A stretch of DNA of 64,000 nucleotides from Sulfolobales archaeon HS-7. GTDB lineage: Archaea; Thermoproteota; Thermoprotei_A; Sulfolobales; Sulfolobaceae. A model generated the notes under the pieces. That model was not told where the DNA came from. It did no database searches and was given only the letters and a program-made list of their open reading frames with translations. The position numbers and the translations under genes were made by a program. Where the stretch lies: positions 1,984,001 to 2,048,000 of the forward strand of contig AP024596.1 in assembly GCA_019704295.1 (NCBI GenBank), written 5' to 3'. Shown here in pieces: positions 50,543 to 60,899 of this stretch (its first letter is position 1; the number at the start of each line of letters is the position of its first letter).

Positions 50543-52264
50543 TCAATTATCATTTAACAATCTCTGTTTCACTATATCTATGTTATTCTCAGCATTGAAG
50601 AAAACTGGAACGTCATGTGGCAGAGCAGCCTTAAAGCTTACAAGAAGCCACTGACCAACATCTAAGTCTAAAGTCATATCTAGAAGCATGTCACTAATTG
50701 CAAACGTTTCAGCTACAAGCTGCCTGTCGTACGGTCTAGGCATAATACTGATGAAATAACTATGTAGTTGTTGGATTACATTAGTGTTTAAGTATGCCAA
50801 CCTTTGCGTACTTATAAGTCCGTGTAGTCTATACTTTCTTCCTTGTCTTAACAACTTTTCAATGGCTTCACTTGACTGGTAGGTGTTATCCTTACTTCTC
50901 GTATCGTAAGGTATGAACTCCTGGGCTTCGTCAATGACGAAGGCTATTGGGGGTTTCGTAGTATATGATCTTCTCCTTTTATCTATGATCGAGTTAATCA
51001 CTTGAGAGGCTATAGTACGGATATCGGATGAATTAGGACTCTCTATTACGAATAATTTCTCCTTTCCATCCAAGATATCAAGGACAAGCGACTCTACGTC
51101 GTATACCTTATTGTCTTCTTCATGTTCTATGTTAATATATCCCCTTATCCCGGAAATAAAGGTAAATAGGGACGAGTTTTCCCTAAGTTTACTTTCTTGT
51201 GCGATCTCCTCCACCTCATCGAGCAGGCTCCTCAGTTCACTATCAATTAAATCCTCCTTAGAGAGATTCCTATCCCTCATGTACCTATCAAGCTTACTTA
51301 ACATAAGCTTGAATAAAGGCTTCTGAGCTATTGCTGTGTACTTATCCTCTAACTGTTCATTAACTAGTCTAATCAATTCACCATACGTTAAATAACCGAT
51401 CCCCTCAGGTTTGATATATATATGCTTTATCTTCTCTTTAGTATATAATATCCTGAACTTATTTTCAATTTTCTCTGTAATATCCTCCAACTCCTCTGGA
51501 ATCACGTGACTCCTCACCAATCTTTTAGAAGAATTTGAAGCTTCTGGTGGAAGTCGTTCGGTAGTTACAATTTTAGAGGGATAATTTGACAGTACGTCAA
51601 GTAATAATATTGCATATTCCATAGATAAATCAAAAATTACTATTTTGTAGTCGGAACTCTCGATAACTTTTCTAATTAATGTAGCTATAAGATTCGATTT
51701 TCCAGTACCAGTAAATGCAAAAATTCCAGTATGGTATTTAATTAATCGGTCTAGATCTATTCGAAGTTCGCTTCCAGTTGTTAATAGGTTACCAATTTTG
51801 ACCCCCTTACTACTAGAAACGAAACTGTCATACGATTCTTTTGTGAATATTCTAACTTCAGAGCCTATGAGGGGAGGAGAATATCCCCTTTTTATCACGC
51901 TTAGCTTTTCATCAATTAGATAGCCTGCAGGCGACGCATATATTTCTAGCCAAACATTTCTCGGAATAGGAGAATCCCAACTCTCACTAACCCTTTTCAT
52001 TATTTCTTGTCGTAACTCAACCGGTAGCGAATTGTCAACACCTATCATAGAGTAATGCATGGGTATGTAGTCAACTATTTCCATCACTAAGTAAAGTCCC
52101 GATACCGACTTAACCCCCAGTAATTGACCTATAGCTATTTTATCCCTTAAGGAAAAGGGCATTTCTATTACGAAGTTGCGGAAAGTAATTGTACTCCTGT
52201 TATCAGACGTAGGCCTTGTATAGACCCTTACCTCCCTAAGCCTCCCAGTTTCGCGCTCGAACAA
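50543..52264 (-). CDS. HerA-like (DUF87) FtsK/HerA ATPase, paralog
   Basis: HAS-barrel-like N-terminus, HTGIFAFTGTGKS, IFD..EY, IDEAQEF, RQGRKY, STQR. Confidence 0.88.
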   Translation of the reverse strand: MFERETGRLREVRVYTRPTSDNRSTITFRNFVIEMPFSLRDKIAIGQLLGVKSVSGLYLVMEIVDYIPMHYSMIGVDNSLPVELRQEIMKRVSESWDSPIPRNVWLEIYASPAGYLIDEKLSVIKRGYSPPLIGSEVRIFTKESYDSFVSSSKGVKIGNLLTTGSELRIDLDRLIKYHTGIFAFTGTGKSNLIATLIRKVIESSDYKIVIFDLSMEYAILLLDVLSNYPSKIVTTERLPPEASNSSKRLVRSHVIPEELEDITEKIENKFRILYTKEKIKHIYIKPEGIGYLTYGELIRLVNEQLEDKYTAIAQKPLFKLMLSKLDRYMRDRNLSKEDLIDSELRSLLDEVEEIAQESKLRENSSLFTFISGIRGYINIEHEEDNKVYDVESLVLDILDGKEKLFVIESPNSSDIRTIASQVINSIIDKRRRSYTTKPPIAFVIDEAQEFIPYDTRSKDNTYQSSEAIEKLLRQGRKYRLHGLISTQRLAYLNTNVIQQLHSYFISIMPRPYDRQLVAETFAISDMLLDMTLDLDVGQWLLVSFKAALPHDVPVFFNAENNIDIVKQRLLNDN

Positions 52265-52982
52265 GGCGTTGTACCTCCACTGCGCTTCTGAAATCCCTAT
52301 ATCTAATCTTATCGTTTTCTCTTTTTAATATAGCCTTTCCCTCCTTTAGATAGTATTTAGCTATTTTATCAGCGAGAAAAAGAGGGTAGTTATATCCCAA
52401 CGCTTCAGGAACAGGTTCATTCCCTAACACTGATAAGAGGTACAGTAGTTGAGAGGGCTCTAAGTCTGTCATATTTTGATACATAAATACCCATGTAATA
52501 TCGGTTAAACGGAAAAACCCAGTTTTAATCCCTTCATAAGTTGTTTGTGAAGTTATCCAAGGGGCGTTGGCTATATTCGATAAGTAAATTCTATCATTTT
52601 GAAAAAAAACGCTTGTCCTAAAGTCCTTGACTATACCTACGACTTTATTGCTAGGTACTATTCCCCTTTTTATATCAAAGGATAACTTCCTGTCCATGAA
52701 TATAATATCTGACGTTTCATTCGTCATTTGCTTATATTCCATCTTTGTCATTTCCTCATCTTCAGAGGAACACTCCATCACGTTTACGTCATATGCCACT
52801 TTATTTATTTCAAATGTATTCTCAACTACTCTTCCTCTAACTATACCTACTGTTATGTAACAGATTCTACTGTCAATGTACTCTTCAGTTAGAAAAGAAC
52901 CATCAATCGCACTAAAGGAGAGAGAATTAATGGTTTTCCTGTCCCTTATAAACTTTATTACGTCAGTGTTCTTTTCTGACAT
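52236..52982 (-). CDS. NurA-domain nuclease-like protein
   Basis: AIDGS, IFMD, GIVKD, GYNYPLFLADK; overlaps the herA-like start. Confidence 0.8.
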   Translation of the reverse strand: MSEKNTDVIKFIRDRKTINSLSFSAIDGSFLTEEYIDSRICYITVGIVRGRVVENTFEINKVAYDVNVMECSSEDEEMTKMEYKQMTNETSDIIFMDRKLSFDIKRGIVPSNKVVGIVKDFRTSVFFQNDRIYLSNIANAPWITSQTTYEGIKTGFFRLTDITWVFMYQNMTDLEPSQLLYLLSVLGNEPVPEALGYNYPLFLADKIAKYYLKEGKAILKRENDKIRYRDFRSAVEVQRLVRARNWEA

Positions 52983-52984
52983 AA

Positions 52985-53902
52985 ATGACAGATACTCCTT
53001 TAATGCTTATATCTGACTATGTTATCCCTGAATTAAGGATACTAGAGGCTAACGAGCTAAGAAAGAGAGGGATCAGTCAGACAAAAATAGCGTATGTGTT
53101 AGGAGTATCTCAACCCGCAGTAAAAAAGTATCTTGAAAGCGATATTATTAAAGCTGAGAAGAATTTAGTTAAGGTTGGAATTGATGAGCCAAGTATTCAC
53201 GAGTTCCTTGACAGTGTTATACCGATATTACTAGAAGGTGAAAAGGAGAAGGCGATGCTTTTTACTACACTTTGGTCTCTAAAAAATTTGTCCTTGCTAA
53301 AATTATGTGACTTTCACAAAACGATCCAAAGAATTTCTCCGTCGTGCAATATATGCAAAGGAATATACGTTGAAAATGAGGAGAAGGAATTAGAGGTTGC
53401 CCTCTCCTTAATAAAGTATAAGGGCGTGGCTTGTCTTATCCCAGAGGTTATGAGTAATTTAGCTTACGCGAAGCATAATCCAAAATCAATAAGCGATATA
53501 ATGGCTATACCTGGAAGAATTATTAAGGTTAAGGACACCATTATAGTCCCCAATGGTCCAGAATGGGGGGGCAGTAAACATTTAGCTACAATCTTGCTTT
53601 CCTTAGCGCGTAAAAAGGAAGGAGATAGAAGTATAAGAGCTGTGATGAACATTAAGTACTCTAAAGATCTAGATGATGTATTAGACAAACTTAACTTTAA
53701 ATACGCCAAGGTCTCAGGGGGAAGTACAGACGAAGAGATTGCAGAAATAGTAAGCGAAAGTTGTAATAACTGTGACGTTGTAATTCACACAGGAGGAATA
53801 GGAATCGAACCTATAACCTACGTATTTGGCCAGGATCCAATAACTACAGTAACAAAAGTCATTAAAATAGCGGATTTATACTGCGGTAAGAAAAGTAATT
53901 GA
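52985..53902 (+). CDS. HTH plus ThiN-domain protein (ThiR-like regulator)
   Basis: SQTKIA..LGVSQPAV.KY HTH; LIPEV.SN, A.PGRI, GGSKH, G.GIEP. Confidence 0.85.
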   Translation: MTDTPLMLISDYVIPELRILEANELRKRGISQTKIAYVLGVSQPAVKKYLESDIIKAEKNLVKVGIDEPSIHEFLDSVIPILLEGEKEKAMLFTTLWSLKNLSLLKLCDFHKTIQRISPSCNICKGIYVENEEKELEVALSLIKYKGVACLIPEVMSNLAYAKHNPKSISDIMAIPGRIIKVKDTIIVPNGPEWGGSKHLATILLSLARKKEGDRSIRAVMNIKYSKDLDDVLDKLNFKYAKVSGGSTDEEIAEIVSESCNNCDVVIHTGGIGIEPITYVFGQDPITTVTKVIKIADLYCGKKSN

Positions 53903-53916
53903 AAGTTGAACTAAGA

Positions 53917-53974
53917 AGGCTCAGTCCTCAAGACCTAATTCATTATATCGCCTTAGTCCCGATTCATCATAGCA
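53917..53974 (-). ncRNA. C/D box sRNA candidate; D guide probably targets C34 of tRNA-Leu(CAA)
   Basis: ATGATGA-atcgggactaag-GCGA-tata-ATGAATT-aggtcttgagga-CTGA; two 12-nt guides, intergenic. Confidence 0.8.
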
Positions 53975-54024
53975 AGTACTATGTGTCCAAAAGTGATTTT
54001 AAACTAAGTTGAATAAGTTGATTA

Positions 54025-55122
54025 ATGAAGATAGCCGTAATTGGGGGAGGAATCGTTGGCACGTTAGCGGCATTTCTCCTTAAGCGAAATGGATTTGATG
54101 TAAAAGTGTTTGAGAGAAAGGAACTCGGTTACGGTTCGATTCACGCTGCAGGTCTTATCGAACCATATAGATTTGACAAGATCAATTCCACATCGATGGT
54201 AATCAGAATGGCTTCATATATGATAAGAGGTTCTACAGCCATTTCAAAGTTCGATAATGAATGGGTACTTAGTTTAATGAAAATTATTAATGAAAACCCA
54301 CCTGCCTATGTATGGGACGAATTAAAGGAAATGGGTAGGTATTCATTAAACTTCTATAGGGAGCTAGCGCAGGAAAAAAATGATTTTAGTTTCTCGGATA
54401 AAGGGGTTGCAGAAGTGTATATCTCAGAAGAAAGTTTCGAAAATGCTATTGAAGAGGAAAAGCTAAATCCCCTTAATCCTAAATACGAAGTTATAGACCA
54501 TTATAGATTTTCGGGTGGAATTCTATATCCTGAACTAGAAAGTTTATCAACTGAGAAATTTATAGAACATATTGGGCAGGAGTTGAATCAGAACTTAGTG
54601 ATAAGAGATGTTCATAGTTTTTCTCCAACAGAGATAGATAATGAGAAATTTGACATGGTTATAATTTCAACTGGTTTTGAAACTAGAAAATTAGGTATTC
54701 CAGTTACTGGGTTCAGTGGTTACGGTTTTTTAGTTAAGGGGGAGAAGGTTAACTGCCCCATAGTAATAGCAGATCTCGGGGTAGCCTATAATTCCTACGA
54801 AGAAGTTTCTAAGCTAACTGCCGGTTTTGACATGGGATGGCAGATAAACGAAAAAAGACGAGAGAGGCTATTAGTCTTAGCTGGAAAGTATCTAGATATA
54901 AAGGATACGATCTCATCGAAATTCGGCATTAGACCATGTACTCCCGATGGATTCCCTGTCGTCTGCTGGAAAGATGGATATCTGTTTCTAACAGGAAATT
55001 GTAGACTGGGATGGAGCTATGCCCCCGCAATGGCAAAACTTGCTATAGAGGCGGCAAAGGGCAGAAAAGACTTTGGCTTTTTTTCCAGATTTTGCAGTCA
55101 TTCTGGAGGAATTTCCTTGTAG
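54025..55122 (+). CDS. FAD-dependent oxidoreductase, D-amino acid dehydrogenase/oxidase family
   Basis: GGGIVG, S..AAG, GIRPCTPDG.P, G...LGW. Confidence 0.88.
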   Translation: MKIAVIGGGIVGTLAAFLLKRNGFDVKVFERKELGYGSIHAAGLIEPYRFDKINSTSMVIRMASYMIRGSTAISKFDNEWVLSLMKIINENPPAYVWDELKEMGRYSLNFYRELAQEKNDFSFSDKGVAEVYISEESFENAIEEEKLNPLNPKYEVIDHYRFSGGILYPELESLSTEKFIEHIGQELNQNLVIRDVHSFSPTEIDNEKFDMVIISTGFETRKLGIPVTGFSGYGFLVKGEKVNCPIVIADLGVAYNSYEEVSKLTAGFDMGWQINEKRRERLLVLAGKYLDIKDTISSKFGIRPCTPDGFPVVCWKDGYLFLTGNCRLGWSYAPAMAKLAIEAAKGRKDFGFFSRFCSHSGGISL

Positions 55123-56603
55123 ACTACGTTAAGATCTAAGCCTACTCTCTTATGCTTAATGTAAGATGCTAAATACACTAATCCTGATATTAGTATTGTT
55201 CCAATTACGAAAATCAAGGTAATGGTATTTGGCGCACCTGAGGAAGTGGCGAATCCGAAATCAGGATTAACTGCAGATTCATATGTTAAGTAACTAAATA
55301 CAGAGACTGAGAGTATTGAAGCTAGCAGCAGCTTCATACTGTTCTGCCTTATGCTAAATACTATTCCTGCTATGCTTACAACCGCAAAGTAAAGCATTCC
55401 TAGGATTGTTGCGCCATACAGTGCAGTTGCGGAACTGGAAATTACCGGCAACGCTAGAAACCCTAACGTTATTACTAAATCAAGTAAGTGTGTATAAACG
55501 GGAGAACCTGCTTTATTAAGCCTAGAGAAGATCTCTGGTAACACTCTATCAAACGACATTGCAAATATATACCTAGAGAAAACTATTACACCGTAGGCCA
55601 GAATATAGATTTGCCATACAAATATGCCGATACCAATTATCCATTCAAGAATGGGATTTCCAGCCATTGCTATAGCAGCTGTCCAGAAATTATATGCTCC
55701 TCCGTTTGCCGATAGCAAGTAATTAGCTGTACCAAAACCGGTTCCTACATACATTAAGAAAAAGCCTATTGTAACTAATCCCCCAGTGAGAAATAACGCT
55801 ACCGGAAGATTATATTTAGCTACCTTATTTCCCCTGAATTCAGACGCTACAGAAGGTCCAGCTTGCATCCATGGATACGTGAAAAGGGCGAAGAAGGGAA
55901 ACATAAACAAAGTGTCACCCCAGCTAAACTTTGATACTATCGTTGAAGGAAGCGTAATTCCCTCCCCAGATAAAAACTTAGATAAACCTGAATTAGTTAA
56001 GAAGTGACCATAGTTTGCTGCTAATACACCTATTGCAATCATTATAGCCAGCAAACTGAATATACCGAGGACACTCACTAGGCCATATCCGTATCGCGGT
56101 TTCAGTATATTAAATGCTATTATGATTCCAAATATTAAAGCAGCTACTCCATAATCAATTAGCGGATTATTAAATATCGTTGCTGCTGATACTAAATAAC
56201 TGTTACTATTCACAATACCTACAGTTTGCATAACAGTCTGAATTGCTGAAGCCGAAAAGAATGCAGTCAGGGCGAAAAATGCAAGAGATTCAATCATGAG
56301 AGTGAGAGCAAAAGTTACGCCGACAGCACCTCCTAATGTTCTGCTTACCCATACGTAGTCACCTCCCGTTCGGGGGATTCTGTTGGTAAGGTATGTATAC
56401 ATGTATAGTTGGGGCAGGACCAGTATCAAGCCCAAAAGAGATGCTACCCAAAGCGAACTGCCAGGAAGAACATAGGGACTAATTCCTATGAACAGAGCGG
56501 CTCCCGCAGCCATATTGCCTATATTGAGCATAGCTGCGTCAATTAATCCGACTTCTTTCCTAAGTCCAGAAGACTCCCTTACAAAAACTTGTTTACTCGT
56601 CAT
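55098..56603 (-). CDS. APC family amino acid permease
   Basis: FVRESSGL, PRTGGDYVW, about 12 TM helices, FAMSFDRVLP. Confidence 0.92.
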   Translation of the reverse strand: MTSKQVFVRESSGLRKEVGLIDAAMLNIGNMAAGAALFIGISPYVLPGSSLWVASLLGLILVLPQLYMYTYLTNRIPRTGGDYVWVSRTLGGAVGVTFALTLMIESLAFFALTAFFSASAIQTVMQTVGIVNSNSYLVSAATIFNNPLIDYGVAALIFGIIIAFNILKPRYGYGLVSVLGIFSLLAIMIAIGVLAANYGHFLTNSGLSKFLSGEGITLPSTIVSKFSWGDTLFMFPFFALFTYPWMQAGPSVASEFRGNKVAKYNLPVALFLTGGLVTIGFFLMYVGTGFGTANYLLSANGGAYNFWTAAIAMAGNPILEWIIGIGIFVWQIYILAYGVIVFSRYIFAMSFDRVLPEIFSRLNKAGSPVYTHLLDLVITLGFLALPVISSSATALYGATILGMLYFAVVSIAGIVFSIRQNSMKLLLASILSVSVFSYLTYESAVNPDFGFATSSGAPNTITLIFVIGTILISGLVYLASYIKHKRVGLDLNVVYKEIPPE

Positions 56604-56837
56604 AAAAAATTCTTCTCGTAACTCTTTTTAAATCTATATTTTATAATTACGAATCTACGTAATATGTCTTACATAATTATGTAAATTATCTGTAGTAGCT
56701 ATTTAGTCATCAATGAACTGATTTTACTTGGATATGTAATTTTTCCTTCAACAATAGCTTAGAGTGTATATTAAGCGTAAGCATTCTAACGGGTAAAAAG
56801 AAAATGTTTAAAGCTTATTTGTGGAAGAAATAATGAT

Positions 56838-56910
56838 AGCCGGGTAGTCTAGCGGTCAAGGATCCAGGGCTTTGGCCCCTGGGACCAGGGTTCGAATCCC
56901 TGCCCGGCTA
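56838..56910 (+). tRNA. tRNA-Gln(TTG), intronless
   Basis: AGCCGGG/CCCGGCT acceptor, CAGGG-CT-TTG-GC-CCCTG, GGTTCGAATCC; TTTAAA about 30 nt upstream. Confidence 0.95.
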
Positions 56911-57304
56911 CTGCCTGATGCTTATGAACCGCTTTACGATATTAAACTCTACAAATTTACCTATACGGCTACTACTACTGCTAAGGGTATAGTTCAGTTA
57001 AAGGCAAGGAGTTATTCCTCCTAATTAGTTCTGATTTTTCTTCCTGAAACTCTTCTGCAGCAGTTTTTGCCCTTTCTATTACACCATAATAGCAGTCTTA
57101 AGCTCATTGAAATTGCTCTTGACGCTATTTACGTAAAATTCGGGGAAATAGACAAAGGTATTATTTGTCTTTCCAGCATTATTAAGAAAAGTTTTTGTTT
57201 GTTTTCTTAATATATTATGCTTATTAACTAATAAGATCTGTAAAACCAGCATTACTAACATATTAATATATAGAACTTATTTTTAAAATCTAGAGAAGTA
57301 TAAA

Positions 57305-58516
57305 TTAGAAGAGAGATGTCTTGTCCTCAAGTATGAGTTCAGTTATTTTTCTGAAATCGGAAATTACCTCATCGGCAATTCCCCTAGCTTCGTTCTTCAT
57401 TTCGTCAGTGATACGGCCATTGGACGATTTCATTTCGATGTTGAGAACTAAGGGATCATCGATAGGTCTGCCGATCTGACCTAAAACCTCTACTTGTACA
57501 TTTGATATATCCTTTACAGTAGTTGCGACTTTATTAGCAATAATCCCCGCAATTACGTTGTACAATTTCCCTACATGATTAACTGGATTTTTGCCTGCAG
57601 TGGCCTCAAGCGACATAGGTCTCATAGGAGTGATTAAACCAGTAGCTCTATTACCCCTCCCTGTCATACCATCATCACCATGCTCTGCTGACGTGCCTGT
57701 TACTGTAAGATAGAAAATTCCCTTGTCCGGTTTGTCACCAGTGTTTATATGTATCCTTATCTCGTTTTCACCTATCTTCTTCTCAGTCATCCTTAATATC
57801 TCTTCCTTGACCTCAGACTTAACTTCAACATAATGGGAGGCGTCCTCAATAAGTGGAGATATAGTAGCCATCGCGATAGTTAGATCTATTTCCTTTCCTT
57901 TCCTAAGTCCCATTACTTTTACATCTTCACCAACTTCAGGGTGCTTTCTTTTAAATTCTGGTGAATTCAAGAGCCTCTCTGTACTCAAAACCAGTTCTTC
58001 CAGTCTGGAGAGAGGGGCAAAACCTACACCGAAGCTAGTATCATTGGAGAGCGGAACCTTCTTTCCCTCGTCGAAAATCCCTATTAGATCTGTTGAACCC
58101 TTACCTATTTTATAATCAATAACTAGATGTTTTTCCGGATCTAGGTATCTGAAATTATCCTTAATCCATTCCTTTACAGTTTCAATAATTATAGTCCCCA
58201 CAGGTATTGATTCAGAACCTTTATCGCGTACTTCAGTAGTAGCTCTTCCAGACACTATTATATATATGGGATGTATTACCTCTCCTCCTTTAAACATAGG
58301 CGTGGCTTGTCCGCCCACAACTAGCGTCTTATCTAGGTTATGATGAAGTATTACTCCATACCTTTTTAGATAGTACTTTGATAAACCTCTGCTTGCGACT
58401 TCTGAAGCACTGTCCGCAATATAGTCTGGATGTCCTGTACCTTTTCTCTCGACAAGCTCGACTTCAAGTTGGTTAACGTCCTTCCAATTAGCCTCTTGTA
58501 CTACTATATTTTTCAT
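57305..58516 (-). CDS. mat: Archaeal S-adenosylmethionine synthetase
   Basis: [31 protein letters not shown]. Confidence 0.97.
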   Translation of the reverse strand: MKNIVVQEANWKDVNQLEVELVERKGTGHPDYIADSASEVASRGLSKYYLKRYGVILHHNLDKTLVVGGQATPMFKGGEVIHPIYIIVSGRATTEVRDKGSESIPVGTIIIETVKEWIKDNFRYLDPEKHLVIDYKIGKGSTDLIGIFDEGKKVPLSNDTSFGVGFAPLSRLEELVLSTERLLNSPEFKRKHPEVGEDVKVMGLRKGKEIDLTIAMATISPLIEDASHYVEVKSEVKEEILRMTEKKIGENEIRIHINTGDKPDKGIFYLTVTGTSAEHGDDGMTGRGNRATGLITPMRPMSLEATAGKNPVNHVGKLYNVIAGIIANKVATTVKDISNVQVEVLGQIGRPIDDPLVLNIEMKSSNGRITDEMKNEARGIADEVISDFRKITELILEDKTSLF

Positions 58517-58549
58517 TACAGATCACTACCCTACCTACTATGGTATATT

Positions 58550-58825
58550 TTATATTTTCTTACCCTCACTATTCATAATATTTTCGTAATCTAGACTAAC
58601 AAATAGTATATTGCTCCCTCTTATCAATACCTCACCATATTTTGTTACAGGTTCATCAGTACCTTCTCTTAATTCAGCACAATCTTTTAGTACAAGATTC
58701 ATAGTCCCGTCACTCTGTTCTAATCTTCCTATTAAGGCCGTTCCGTCCTTTAATCTTACCATTACTATTTTGTTCACTGCCATTCTTATGTTTTTCAGGG
58801 GATTATCAGCTCTAGCTTGCAACAC
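58550..58825 (-). CDS. Sm-like archaeal protein (SmAP/Lsm)
   Basis: Sm1 G.L...D.TMNLVL, Sm2 IRGSNI. Confidence 0.93.
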   Translation of the reverse strand: MLQARADNPLKNIRMAVNKIVMVRLKDGTALIGRLEQSDGTMNLVLKDCAELREGTDEPVTKYGEVLIRGSNILFVSLDYENIMNSEGKKI

Positions 58826-58892
58826 AAAACCCTCCTTATTACGGAATTATAAATGAATACATATATTAAGCTAATGTTGTTACCTCAGCCCT

Positions 58893-59700
58893 GTTAACTA
58901 TCTCCTCACGGTTGAGGCTTTCCGCTTTCGATACGCCTTAAAGGGCTCCACAGGCACTGCTAGCCGTCCCAATTTGATCTCCTCAAATTAAGGAAAGCGT
59001 TGTAGTTCCTGTCTCTCGTACGCCTAAGTCTGGGCACTTACTTTCCTTTAGCGAGAGGAGGAGTATCTCTGTATCGATGTCTATGACAACAACTTCCCCT
59101 GCTACGGGCATTGAGGGAACCGCGATTTTCCACAGGGGCGATGCACATAGGTAAGGTATCAACTTGACGATTACCCTCTTCACTTTATCTAGTGGAAAAT
59201 CACTAACCATGATAACGCTGGAAATCACTAGCTTCGATAGTTCAAGCGTTCCGCTCTCTTCTCACTCCCTTTTGTCCAACTTCCCCCACTATTTTCCAAT
59301 CTAACTAAGACGAGGGTACCACTTGAGTACCTTTCCTTGGGGAAAGTGATAACCATTTTGGGAACCTCTGCCTAGCTTGCGAAGAGGTCTCCATCTGTCG
59401 CAGAGTTTAGGAATAAAGTTATCAATATTCCCTATCCCCCTTCCCAGTTCTATGGGAGTTGCCTTAATTAAGTCTTGTTTTTCCTCATTGCTTTCGTGAA
59501 GGCAAATTTCCCCAGTGTAAGGTGTTACATAACTTGCACCATAACTTCAACTTTGCTTTTAACCACACAACCTCAGTTAGTTAATGTAGGGCCGAAAGTG
59601 GAATCTTACGTAAGGCATTACCAGTAAACCTGGGAATAGAAGTGTTTAAACGAGGGGCTATCCATTCTTAGAGGTTTCCCGTCCCCTTTACCCAGTTAAG
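58893..59700 (-). mobile_element. Decayed IS200/IS605 element with internally deleted tnpB and retained right end
   Basis: Minus strand ends GTGCCTGTGGAG..GAAAGCCTCAACCGTGAGG..TAGTTAAC; left boundary approximate. Confidence 0.75.
58983..59618 (-). pseudogene. tnpB: tnpB pseudogene
   Basis: Fragments MPYVRFHFRPY, LKAKLKL.C...NTL.W, FPLDKVKRVIVKL, GEVVVIDI (decayed RuvC-I); many stops and frameshifts. Confidence 0.72.
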
Positions 59701-59767
59701 ATAAAGAGCCGTAGTAGCAGTTACTTAAAATCTAAGTAATTTTAAATCAAGTTATGATGAAAAGCTT

Positions 59768-60202
59768 CTACAACCAATTATTATCAGTTATACCCCTAAA
59801 TATTGAGGAAACATCGATCACAACGAAAGTTAGTGACGGATATTCCCTAATTAGATAACTAACCTGAGATTCGTTTAATATGTCTGAGTATTGGTGAAAA
59901 ATAGCATTTATAACCTCATTGACATACAAAAATTTTCTAATAGTATATTGACCCGGCTCAGCGGTCTTAATTACGATCAACGGAAGCTCCACTATGCTAT
60001 GCAGATATCTAGGTACGACTTCAGCCAGTTTCTTAACATCATCCTCCTTGAGCTCTTGAGTTTCGCCATTGTTCAGTGTAACTCTCCTAGCTCCCCTTAA
60101 TGCGTCAGTTAGTGTTACAAAGGAAATAGGCATAGTATTTATAACATCTTTCATACCTAAATCGAGTATACCCCTATATAGAACGTTGTCTTTCTCCGAC
60201 AT
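59768..60202 (-). CDS. DUF61 family protein
   Basis: IN.MP...VTL, V.L.NG, LPL pattern; co-oriented after fibrillarin. Confidence 0.7.
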   Translation of the reverse strand: MSEKDNVLYRGILDLGMKDVINTMPISFVTLTDALRGARRVTLNNGETQELKEDDVKKLAEVVPRYLHSIVELPLIVIKTAEPGQYTIRKFLYVNEVINAIFHQYSDILNESQVSYLIREYPSLTFVVIDVSSIFRGITDNNWL

Positions 60203-60204
60203 AT

Positions 60205-60897
60205 CTACTCATACTTACTGACAATCATTGCGTGATCTTTATCGTATGGATCAAGGTCGATCACACGCCTCACATTTAGTCCTCCTTCCTTTAATTTATT
60301 TGATTCCTCCTCGAAAACCCTTTGCGGATCTTTAGTAACATCTATACTCCTTGATTTAACGGCTAACAATAACTCTCCTCCTTTCTCAAGGAAATACTTC
60401 GCATTGTTTAAGGCTATTTCGGCCTGATTTGGCTGAGCCACATCAATATATATAACGTCCACTTCTTCAACCATAGTTCTATATCTATTTGGAAACCTAG
60501 CGTCCTCTAGTATGGGTATCAAATTTTGTCTGTGTTGCGAAACAAGTAAAAACTCCCTCATAACCCTAGGAGAGAATTCGACACTGTAAATTCGACCCTC
60601 CTTTCCCACTATATCTGAAAGGTGACTAGCAGTTGTTCCCGACGCAACACCAAGATAGAGAACCACACTGCCCCTTCTAAATGGGGAATAATCAAGTCCG
60701 TTCATTATCGCCCCGGCGAATTTGCTTCTAAAGGCATTCCACTCCCTATATTCTACGCCATCGTAGTTTATGAGGCGTTCTCCATAGACTCTATGCCCTG
60801 GGGCAAAATTCTTAGTACATAATTTGTAAGTTCCGTCATTATAAGAGCACTTAAAGATTCCTTCCATAACTTGTTGTACGTTTACGACTTCTGACAC
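60205..60897 (-). CDS. flpA: Fibrillarin-like rRNA/tRNA 2'-O-methyltransferase
   Basis: VYGE, YREWN..RSK, LYLG.ASGTT.SH, VEFSPR, DVAQPNQA. Confidence 0.97.
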   Translation of the reverse strand: MSEVVNVQQVMEGIFKCSYNDGTYKLCTKNFAPGHRVYGERLINYDGVEYREWNAFRSKFAGAIMNGLDYSPFRRGSVVLYLGVASGTTASHLSDIVGKEGRIYSVEFSPRVMREFLLVSQHRQNLIPILEDARFPNRYRTMVEEVDVIYIDVAQPNQAEIALNNAKYFLEKGGELLLAVKSRSIDVTKDPQRVFEEESNKLKEGGLNVRRVIDLDPYDKDHAMIVSKYE

Positions 60898-60899
60898 TG

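Noticed and set aside
56940-57261. ORF 57079-57261 and a coding-like fragment after tRNA-Gln (also ORF 36454-36639)
   Set aside because: Short, AT-rich and without recognisable motifs; at most unidentifiable pseudogene debris.
59754-59800. C box ATGATGA at the DUF61 3' end
   Set aside because: No D' or D box at the required distances.
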